From assembly GCA_902553005.1 (NCBI GenBank), contig CACDIK010000004.1, forward strand, positions 5,379-69,378: DNA of 64,000 nucleotides, in the 5' to 3' direction. Positions 48,600-56,926 of the stretch are shown here, piece after piece; position 1 is the first letter of the stretch; the number at the start of each line of letters is the position of its first letter. Below the pieces are notes generated by a model that saw nothing but the letters and a program-made list of their open reading frames with translations, had not been told where the DNA came from and did no database searches. Position numbers and translations under genes: made by a program. The stretch is from an uncultured Alphaproteobacteria bacterium (GTDB lineage: Bacteria > Pseudomonadota > Alphaproteobacteria > HIMB59 > GCA-002718135).

Positions 48600-49915
48600 T
48601 CTATAATAATTCTAGGCTCAAAAGGGTGAAGTTTTTCTAAACGCTCAACTGACCAAAGATTATCTTCCGTGACTTGGTTTAAAGAATACATTCCCTCCAC
48701 ATCGCCGTTAATATCAAAATCTAGCGATCCAGAAACACCTTCATAATTAATTTCAACACCGCGAAGTAGTAAAGCTCTTGCAGCTTCCCAACTACCAGGC
48801 CCCATTTTAATTCCTGGTGGATTAGCAACACTTACTAAACTTTTAGATAAATCTTCCTTAGAAATATTATTATGTGCCTGATGCTGTAGTGCCAAAGCTG
48901 CTAACATCATTGTATCAAAACTAATAGCGGAATAAGGAGAATTAGGATTAACGCCTGCGTTCAACATTATATTTGCGTATGTTTGAAATTCTTCTGAACT
49001 TTGCGAAGTTGCTTGGGCAACAATAGTTGTATTTTTATTTAATTGAATAGGAATATAGGAATAGATTAAATCTTTCACTTCATTCGTCAGCATACTATCA
49101 GAACCGTAATGATGTTTAAAAATGCCTGAAGTTTCTAGTTCTTGTAATCTACTTAAAACAGTATTGGTAAATTGTTCAAGTAAATTAACTGTTCGTTCAT
49201 TTCCGTGAAGGAACATGACTAAACCTGGTTGATTATTGTCTATAGCAATATCAACAAATGTATTTATGAAGTTTTGATTGATCAGTGTCTTATCTGTCAG
49301 TAAAGTATTGAATAACACTATACCTTCTTGTTCGGTATAAACTTTTAAAAAATTTTGAGCCAGTGTAGAGTTATAATTATCATCACCGTAAAGAAGAATT
49401 ATTTCTCTAATATTTTTAGATAGAAGATAATTAGCAATAGATGTTGATTGTTGAATATCAGATGGAATAGTTCTAAAAAATAAATCATTATCTTCAATTG
49501 TTGAAAGTAACGGGTAACTAGCAGAAGATGAGATTGTTAAAATATTGTCTGGAATAGTTGCTTGTTCAATAACTTTAACAGCACTTGTTGAACACGTCGG
49601 ACCTAAAAGGATTTCTGGATCATTATTTTTTAAATAGGCATTTAAACTATCTTCTGTTTTAATAGGATCACATCCTGTATCAATAGAATCTACGGATATA
49701 AGACCTCGTCCTACTATACCAATCCCATCCGCATTAATGGTTTCTACAGCAACTCTTTTTGCTTCAGCAATTGCTTCAGCAATTTCACTAACAGGACCAC
49801 TTTCTGCATAAAGAGCAGCAATTTTTACTTCTGCACTCACAAAGGTTGAGTAAAAAAATATGATCTTCAAGATAATTATCGTAAATATTTTCATTATGTG
49901 AGATGTTTTTATCAT
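48596..49915 (-). CDS. Type-I periplasmic binding protein (LivK/ANF-receptor-like), orphan
   Basis: 439 aa. Signal peptide, then [12 protein letters not shown]..., DTGCDP, LGPTCS and FFRTIPSD, motifs of the branched-chain amino acid/amide-binding PBP fold. It begins 6 nt after tpsB. No ABC permease or ATPase gene is nearby. Confidence 0.75.
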   Translation of the reverse strand: MIKTSHIMKIFTIIILKIIFFYSTFVSAEVKIAALYAESGPVSEIAEAIAEAKRVAVETINADGIGIVGRGLISVDSIDTGCDPIKTEDSLNAYLKNNDPEILLGPTCSTSAVKVIEQATIPDNILTISSSASYPLLSTIEDNDLFFRTIPSDIQQSTSIANYLLSKNIREIILLYGDDNYNSTLAQNFLKVYTEQEGIVLFNTLLTDKTLINQNFINTFVDIAIDNNQPGLVMFLHGNERTVNLLEQFTNTVLSRLQELETSGIFKHHYGSDSMLTNEVKDLIYSYIPIQLNKNTTIVAQATSQSSEEFQTYANIMLNAGVNPNSPYSAISFDTMMLAALALQHQAHNNISKEDLSKSLVSVANPPGIKMGPGSWEAARALLLRGVEINYEGVSGSLDFDINGDVEGMYSLNQVTEDNLWSVERLEKLHPFEPRIIID

Positions 49916-49921
49916 AAATTT

Positions 49922-51604
49922 TTAAAATGAAAATGTGGCATTGAGTAAATAGACTGGTCTGGAAGTAGTTCCCTCAACACTTTTATCAGCTTCTGCTACT
50001 TCAAAACTAATATCAAGACTATTAGAGTTAAGAGGAATTTTTAATTTAACACCGTATCCTCCACTCACCACTTCTGTTCGGCTAAACTCACCTGAGGCTG
50101 GTCGTTTATAGTAGGTAGCACCAACACCAAGATGGATATATGGTTCAATACGTATAGACTCTTCCCTTTTATCTTCTTCTCCTTCTAAAAAAGGATAAAA
50201 AGGTCTGCTCAATTCTGTTCGCAGAAAAAAACCTTGATCACCAGACATATTACCTGATTCATAACCAGACATTTGTCCTGGTCCTGTTATATTCATTTGT
50301 TCTGAGATAATTAAACCTCTATCGCTAACAAGTTTTTGAAAAACAAAACGTGTGTTCAATAAATAATCTCTAAATATTTGCCTATTCAAATTAATATCAC
50401 TATTCCATTTTATAAAATTTAAAGTGGAGCCAACACGGGATAATGTTTTTGTATCTGATGTTTTATTTGTATACATAGGAGTACCAAACTTTAAAGCTGA
50501 GCTAGCTTTAAGCGAGAAAGAATCTAAAAAAGATAAGTTAGTAGTTGTATATTTTAACTCTAGAGCATTGTACTCATCGTAAAAGTTATCTTCTGTGATG
50601 TTAGGTAGTATTGAATAATCTCTTCCTTTAATCCATTGCCAATCTAATGAAAGATTATTTTTTATAAGCCTTGTATTTTTTATTTGATATTCAAGACCAA
50701 AGTTGATTTGTTTGGATTCCCCTTTTTTTTCTAGTCCGTTAGGTTCTGAATAAGATTCATTAACAGCACCAAAAAAGGAAAAGTCTGAGGCAAAAATTGG
50801 AAGTTTACCACCAACAAGATAAGCTTCTCGAAAATCTGTTCGTTTAATTATTTCTGTATCATCAATTGGTACATTAACACTATTTTCAGGATCTAAGACG
50901 TAGGCTGCATAAATATTTTCACCGTAACCAAAAGGACTGTTAAAACTTAAATAAGAAGTAAACTGATCTTTTCCTGCTGTTTCTGATAATCCATTTGAGT
51001 AAGTAAAATAACCATTTACTAATTTATGTTCAGCATTTAGTTTTAGTGAAGAAGTCCCAGGCTCCTCTCCTGCCTTAATTGTTGTTTCTAATTCAACACC
51101 TGGTAATTCTCGTGATTTAATGATCGATTTTTCAATGACGGGATATTCTAATCCTTTAATACCAATAAGTTTTTCAAAATATTTTTTAATTGGTTTAGAA
51201 ATACGTTTATCTAGTTGTGAGTAATCAATTGTTTCAATTTTACCAGGGAAAACAATGGCTTTTACCTTAGTATTTTGTTCAATCGTTTGAGGCGGAACAA
51301 TAAAACGTGTTAAAAAATATCCATTTAAAACATACAGTTGTTCTAATGCAATCAATAAATTATAAAAATCTTTTAATGTTATTGTTTTAAAAATTTTTGA
51401 TTTAAATAAATTTTTACGAAGCTCAATCATTTCTTCGATTTCATTTTCAATTTCAATACCAACAAAATTAAATGAAATATTTTCTGCACCAGGTGGAATA
51501 ACTAAACCTGTTTCATAAACAATATAATTACCAGTATTAGTAAAAACAGGATATGTCATAAATGAAGTAGAGATAAAAAAGATAAAAGATAAAAAATATC
51601 TCAT
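49922..51604 (-). CDS. Two-partner secretion outer-membrane transporter (TpsB; ShlB/FhaC/HecB family)
   Basis: 560 aa. Signal peptide, a POTRA-like N-terminal region and a beta-barrel with alternating hydrophobic pattern ending in a C-terminal Phe (...LLNATFSF). Its start codon directly abuts the stop of the upstream TpsA gene. Confidence 0.85.
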   Translation of the reverse strand: MRYFLSFIFFISTSFMTYPVFTNTGNYIVYETGLVIPPGAENISFNFVGIEIENEIEEMIELRKNLFKSKIFKTITLKDFYNLLIALEQLYVLNGYFLTRFIVPPQTIEQNTKVKAIVFPGKIETIDYSQLDKRISKPIKKYFEKLIGIKGLEYPVIEKSIIKSRELPGVELETTIKAGEEPGTSSLKLNAEHKLVNGYFTYSNGLSETAGKDQFTSYLSFNSPFGYGENIYAAYVLDPENSVNVPIDDTEIIKRTDFREAYLVGGKLPIFASDFSFFGAVNESYSEPNGLEKKGESKQINFGLEYQIKNTRLIKNNLSLDWQWIKGRDYSILPNITEDNFYDEYNALELKYTTTNLSFLDSFSLKASSALKFGTPMYTNKTSDTKTLSRVGSTLNFIKWNSDINLNRQIFRDYLLNTRFVFQKLVSDRGLIISEQMNITGPGQMSGYESGNMSGDQGFFLRTELSRPFYPFLEGEEDKREESIRIEPYIHLGVGATYYKRPASGEFSRTEVVSGGYGVKLKIPLNSNSLDISFEVAEADKSVEGTTSRPVYLLNATFSF

Positions 51605-54600
51605 TTATAACCTTTGGATACTAATTGCGTCTACCTGAGGAAAAGACGTAATGAATTCATTTTGAATTAAAGCAGCGTTAGACGCACCATCAACGGAGAT
51701 AAAAGAAATTATTCGAGATACATCATCGAAAACATCTTTATTGATTTTTTCCCGTACTACAATTTTTTCTTTTTCTTCATCTGGTGCTACGCCTGGAAGA
51801 GGTGGTGTCGAAGCCCCAGCTAAAATATTTGCTGTTGGTATTGTTTCTAATGCACCAGAATTTTCATTTATTGTAATTGGACTTGATGTAAAACCAGATA
51901 ATTCATAATTTATTGTAACATCTTTATCATTGCCAACATCTGCATCTGCAAAACTGCCAGAAGAACTAATAGAAAGATCAGAACCTGATAAGTTTAAACC
52001 CGATATAGTGCCACCACTTGTAGTGGCCGTCGTAGTTCCATCATATGTTTTATCATTTGCCGAAGCACCTGACACTGTAAAGTTAGCTGACATTAAAGAT
52101 CCAGTTGTAGCCGTAACAGTTGAAAGATCAATATTTCCCATGCTAGCATTTGTTAATGTGCCTCCATCTAAAAGTTGTATATTGAGATCTTCAGCCGTCA
52201 AACTTACTGAACTAGCTACTACATCACCTGCTCCCGCATCTCTATCGCTATCAGAGACACTATTATCATTTGAATCACTTGCAATAATTTCTAAATTAGA
52301 TGCGGTGTTAATATTGCTATTAATGTTTACATCTCTTCCTGCATGAAGGTTAAGACTACCCGTGCCAGTGACAGTAATGGCAGAACTAATAGTGATGTCA
52401 GTATTAGCTTGAAGAGTAACATCAACACCGTTATTCAGAAATTCTTCTAATTCTGTTTTATTAATTACGATATCATCACTTGCATAATCTGTATAAGATG
52501 TATTACCTCGGATAATTGTATCTGACCATAAAGATATATCGCCAGTATTATCACCCGCATCGCTTGCACCATCACCTTTAGCACTTCCTGCAACCATTAA
52601 GGTACCAGTATCATCTAGAGCAATATAATTTGGAAATGTGTCAGCATCTGCTAAAGTTGCTGTAGAAGTATCAAGTTCATTCGTACCTGTTTTACCAAAA
52701 CCAATCGTATATTGTAAACTTGCACCAGTTAGAGAAGTATCTTCAAAACCAAATAAATAAATATCATCTTCAGCAAAATCTCCTATTGCTATTCTATTAC
52801 CATCACCATCAACAGCAACTTGAGCCGCCCCCCAACCAGATATTCCTGAAGTATCATAATTTTTACCTCCAGTGTAATTATTCCCCATGGAAGCTTCATA
52901 TGTGGCACCAGTGAAATTTGAGTCACTAAAAGTAAACAAGTGTACTGCTCCATAATCATCATTGGTATCATTTGTTGTATTATATCCATCATCTTTAGTT
53001 GAGCTTACCGCTAAGATCTTCCCATCTGCTGTTAAACCAAGGGAGTTTCCAAATTGATCATTATTGCTTAATATATCAAGTCCGTTATCACCTAAGTCCA
53101 AACTCTTTGTTAAAGTATTTGTAGGGGCATAATCTATTCCTATTGTTCCAACATGAGTTGGGTTGTTAAAATCAGTTGATGGGTTTCCATCACTATTTGT
53201 TGTTTGATCAAATGTGATTAAGTAAACTGCTCCAGCATTACTATGACCTCCATTTGCTCCATCATCTTTCATTGCTCCAACTGCAAGACGTGATCCATCA
53301 TCAGTCAAAGATAATGAAGTAAAACTATCACCAGAACCAAGAGTACCAATTGATAAATCATAACTAGATGAATTATAAGTATGTCCGATTGTTCCTACGT
53401 GTGTTGGATTAGTAAAATTTGTATCATCAAATTTTATTGTGAACACTGAGCCACTATCAACCCCGCCTGATGTTGCATCAAGTTGTGATAAAACTAATCT
53501 ATCCCCATCACCATCTAAGGCAGTTCTCCAAATATAGTCACCAGAAGTTAAATCATCTAAATCTAAACTATAAGTTCCTGTGTAACCTTTTCCAATTGTT
53601 CCTACGTGTGTTGGATTTTGAAATGCAGAATCATCATCAAAGGTAAATAAAAAAACAGCACCAGAATCTGATGAATTATTACCTGCACCATCAACTCTAG
53701 AAGCAACTATAGCCATTCTATTACCATCACTGTCTAAGGCTGTTCCTTGACCAAACCTATCATCATCATCAAGATCAATATCAAGAGAACTACCACCTGT
53801 ACTTCCATAACCAAATCCAACTTTTCCGTACAAACTTCCACCAGTAAAGTCATTATCATTAAATTTAATGAGCATAACTTCACCACTATTAGATTTTGAA
53901 TTATTATTTCCATCTGCCATCATTCCTGACATTACAAGTCGATTACCTGTTTCATTCAAATCTATACCTTCACCAAATTTATCACCATTATTTAATGAAC
54001 TTCCAAGATCCAAATCTTTTGATCCTGTATAACCATTACCAATTGTTCCAATGTAGGTTGCGGATGCAAGATTATCAGTTAGAGTATATAAATTTACGGC
54101 TCCTGTTCTAACTTTGCTTTCACCAGATACAGATTGATCCCAGTAGCCAACAGCTAATCGATCTGCATCTTTATCAAACGCAACAGAGTTTCCAAATCGA
54201 TCTCCATTAGACAGGGTTACAGCATGAACACTTGAGTCACTTGTATCAAGATAATCATAATCTTGTCCGATAGAGCCAACATAGGTTGGCGTACCTGTAG
54301 CAGCAGAAACAACGCTTCCACTATTCATGAACTTAAATAATCTTACAACACCCGAATTATTTTTATTATTATTTTTACCGTTATCTCCTGTAGATCCAAT
54401 AGCAAGAAGAGAGCCATCATGATTAAAAGAAACCGCTGAACCTAATTCATCATCTTTTTTTGGAGTTAAATCAGTATGACTATTTGTGTCAAAATCATTT
54501 GAAATTACAGCACACTTATTGGTTTTCGCACAATTACTATTAGTGCTTAAATTTTGATAACCATTGCCAATTCGTGATACAACTTCACCGTTAGAAAAAT

Positions 54601-56920
54601 CTGTATCATCAAAAGCAATTATAAATACTCCACCAACCTTAGATATGTCATAACTATTCCTATATTGCTTAAATCCATCATCACCTCTCAGACCAACAGC
54701 CAAAACATTTGCATCACCATCTAATGCTACGCTCGAACCAAATAAATCATAAGATTTTACAGTTACACCTTTTTTAGTAACTCCCTGTCTAAACAAATTT
54801 ACATTCTTGGAGCCGGTATAACCACCTCCTATTCTTCCAACAATTTCACCACCTGAGTAAGAAGTATCATCAAAAGTTATTAAATAAACTGCACCAGTTT
54901 CATCTGAACCATTGTTTGCTGCATCATCACCAGTTGCTCCAACCGCTAATCTAGTACCGGTACTATTAAAAGATAAGGAGCGACCAAACTTGTCATTTTT
55001 TTGAAGATATGAATTGTCTATATCCTTTGCTCCAACGTATCCTTTTCCTATACGCCCTATAAGTGTTGCATTAGTAAAATTGCCGTCATCAAATTGGTAC
55101 AAATATACCACTCCTGTTTTTGTATTATTTTGTGCTCCACCTTCTCTAGCACCCACAGCCATTAAAGTTGCATCATCACTGATTGCTATATCAGATCCAA
55201 AATTTCCACCTCTAGTTAGTTTAGGTTCCCCGACATTGGTTGATGATACAACGGCATAATCCTTTCCAATTAAGCCTTTATGAACCCAGTTTTGAGACGT
55301 TACACTAGTTCCAACAGTAATATTTTTTGGATCAAGTAATAATTGGCCACCCTCTGATATATTGACTTTTGATAATCCAACATGTCGTAATGTGTCTTTG
55401 GAGGAAATTTCAACAGCACCACCTATTATACCTGTTGCATCAATATTACCAAGCATAGTCGTTTCTAGATCACTCCAAATGATTGCTGTACCTGCATCGC
55501 CATTAGAAGAGGAAATATCAATATTCGATCCATCTGATATTAAAATAGTTTTTGCGTTAACAAGTGATCTTCTTTTACCCCACCTATCAATAAAAAGATC
55601 TTGTTGTTGGGTAGATCTGGTTAAATTATTATTACCTTGAAATTCTCCCCCAATACGAACTAACCCTCCATGGGTATTACCTGCTACATTAATATCAGTA
55701 GATAATAAACGAATGTAACCTTCAGACTCAATATCAATGAAACCACCTTGTTGACTGCCATTTGAAGACATAGAACCTGAAGACATAATGTTTGGTGCTG
55801 ATACTAGAATATTACCACCCTTAGTATGTCCTAATGTATTAATTTCACTGCCATGACTTTGAATAATTTTATAATCAGATTGAATATTAATTTTACCACC
55901 AGCATTAGTAGAGGAAGAAGCATTTAGAGTTCCACCTAAAGATATTTCACCTGTACTATTAAAATTTATTGTTCCTGCATTTGCACCTGACACATCAACT
56001 TTACCACCAAAAGATAAAAAATTACCTTCTGCGTTAATTTTACCATTTTCTTTGGCTGTTAAATTTCCTGCAACGACAATATCACCTGCACCCCCAAGGG
56101 TAATGACGCCATTTTTTTGTGAGGCAGTTGTTGCAACAAGATTACCTGGAATATTGACAGCGCGCTGAACAACATTTTTAGCAGCGCCAACATCAATATC
56201 TATTCTATTTGCCGTTGATGTTCCTGCATGATTAATAATGGTATTTAATTCTTCTGCATTTTGATCAAGTAACGTTATCGCTTCACTAAATGGAACGCTT
56301 ACTTGTAAAAATTTATCACCACTCAAGTCTAACGTAATTTCTTTTCCAGCCCCTATTCCAATTTTACCAAGGTTCGCATTAACCGTACCTTCATTATCAA
56401 TGGCACCACCTAAAAGAGCAGTAAAACCTCCATCCAAAGTAGTAATAGAACCTTTATGAATAATAGAAGAAAAAATATTATTTACATTATCTGCTTTAAA
56501 TAAAAATTTATTATTGAGAAAATCATCATTGGATAAAGCCAACGTCGATGCAGCAAAGGAATGCGCATTGATTGTTGCTGTTGACGTAAAGTAAACACCG
56601 TTTTCATTCACCACAAAAACTTTACCGTTGGCATTTAATGCACCAGCTAGTGTTGTAGGATTTCCAGAGACAACTCTATTTAGAGCACTTGCATTAATAG
56701 AAGGTTGATTGAAGGTTACACTATTTTGCGCGCCAATATCAAAACTCGTCCACTCAATAATTGATTGTTCGGAAGACTGGGTAATCGTCATGGAGTTTTG
56801 TGATGAAGTGATCGAAATATCACCGGAGATAACATTTTCCCCACTTGGAAGAGAGGCAGCGTAAACAAATTGTGTTTCTAAAAAGAGAAAAGTGAGAAGA
56901 AAAATAAAAGCATTTTTCAT
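51605..56920 (-). CDS. Giant TpsA exoprotein 1 (filamentous-haemagglutinin-type TPS domain, FG-GAP-like repeat core, YDG-type C-terminal module)
   Basis: 1771 aa. Signal peptide MKNAFIFLLTFLFLETQFVYA. The TPS domain carries ...FNQPSINASALNRVVSGNPTTLAGALNANGKVFVVNENGVYFT..., matching the NPNL/NPNGI-type motifs. Beta-helix-like G/N/S-rich repeats run to about aa 545 (..LLLDPKNITV). About 13-14 FG-GAP-like units follow. The C-terminus contains KTYDGTTTA. Confidence 0.85.
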   Translation of the reverse strand: MKNAFIFLLTFLFLETQFVYAASLPSGENVISGDISITSSQNSMTITQSSEQSIIEWTSFDIGAQNSVTFNQPSINASALNRVVSGNPTTLAGALNANGKVFVVNENGVYFTSTATINAHSFAASTLALSNDDFLNNKFLFKADNVNNIFSSIIHKGSITTLDGGFTALLGGAIDNEGTVNANLGKIGIGAGKEITLDLSGDKFLQVSVPFSEAITLLDQNAEELNTIINHAGTSTANRIDIDVGAAKNVVQRAVNIPGNLVATTASQKNGVITLGGAGDIVVAGNLTAKENGKINAEGNFLSFGGKVDVSGANAGTINFNSTGEISLGGTLNASSSTNAGGKINIQSDYKIIQSHGSEINTLGHTKGGNILVSAPNIMSSGSMSSNGSQQGGFIDIESEGYIRLLSTDINVAGNTHGGLVRIGGEFQGNNNLTRSTQQQDLFIDRWGKRRSLVNAKTILISDGSNIDISSSNGDAGTAIIWSDLETTMLGNIDATGIIGGAVEISSKDTLRHVGLSKVNISEGGQLLLDPKNITVGTSVTSQNWVHKGLIGKDYAVVSSTNVGEPKLTRGGNFGSDIAISDDATLMAVGAREGGAQNNTKTGVVYLYQFDDGNFTNATLIGRIGKGYVGAKDIDNSYLQKNDKFGRSLSFNSTGTRLAVGATGDDAANNGSDETGAVYLITFDDTSYSGGEIVGRIGGGYTGSKNVNLFRQGVTKKGVTVKSYDLFGSSVALDGDANVLAVGLRGDDGFKQYRNSYDISKVGGVFIIAFDDTDFSNGEVVSRIGNGYQNLSTNSNCAKTNKCAVISNDFDTNSHTDLTPKKDDELGSAVSFNHDGSLLAIGSTGDNGKNNNKNNSGVVRLFKFMNSGSVVSAATGTPTYVGSIGQDYDYLDTSDSSVHAVTLSNGDRFGNSVAFDKDADRLAVGYWDQSVSGESKVRTGAVNLYTLTDNLASATYIGTIGNGYTGSKDLDLGSSLNNGDKFGEGIDLNETGNRLVMSGMMADGNNNSKSNSGEVMLIKFNDNDFTGGSLYGKVGFGYGSTGGSSLDIDLDDDDRFGQGTALDSDGNRMAIVASRVDGAGNNSSDSGAVFLFTFDDDSAFQNPTHVGTIGKGYTGTYSLDLDDLTSGDYIWRTALDGDGDRLVLSQLDATSGGVDSGSVFTIKFDDTNFTNPTHVGTIGHTYNSSSYDLSIGTLGSGDSFTSLSLTDDGSRLAVGAMKDDGANGGHSNAGAVYLITFDQTTNSDGNPSTDFNNPTHVGTIGIDYAPTNTLTKSLDLGDNGLDILSNNDQFGNSLGLTADGKILAVSSTKDDGYNTTNDTNDDYGAVHLFTFSDSNFTGATYEASMGNNYTGGKNYDTSGISGWGAAQVAVDGDGNRIAIGDFAEDDIYLFGFEDTSLTGASLQYTIGFGKTGTNELDTSTATLADADTFPNYIALDDTGTLMVAGSAKGDGASDAGDNTGDISLWSDTIIRGNTSYTDYASDDIVINKTELEEFLNNGVDVTLQANTDITISSAITVTGTGSLNLHAGRDVNINSNINTASNLEIIASDSNDNSVSDSDRDAGAGDVVASSVSLTAEDLNIQLLDGGTLTNASMGNIDLSTVTATTGSLMSANFTVSGASANDKTYDGTTTATTSGGTISGLNLSGSDLSISSSGSFADADVGNDKDVTINYELSGFTSSPITINENSGALETIPTANILAGASTPPLPGVAPDEEKEKIVVREKINKDVFDDVSRIISFISVDGASNAALIQNEFITSFPQVDAISIQRL
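52541..55213 (-). repeat. Array of about 13-14 degenerate 60-90-aa FG-GAP-like repeats inside TpsA-1 (coding repeats)
   Basis: Recurrent unit: ..D.FG.S(V/L)A(L/F)..DG..LAVGA..DDG.....(S/T)GAVYL(F/I)TFDD..F(T/S)N(P/A)T.VG(T/R)IG.GYTG... It spans about aa 570-1460. The repeats are protein-level, not exact DNA tandem repeats. Confidence 0.6.
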
Positions 56921-56926
56921 AAATGC

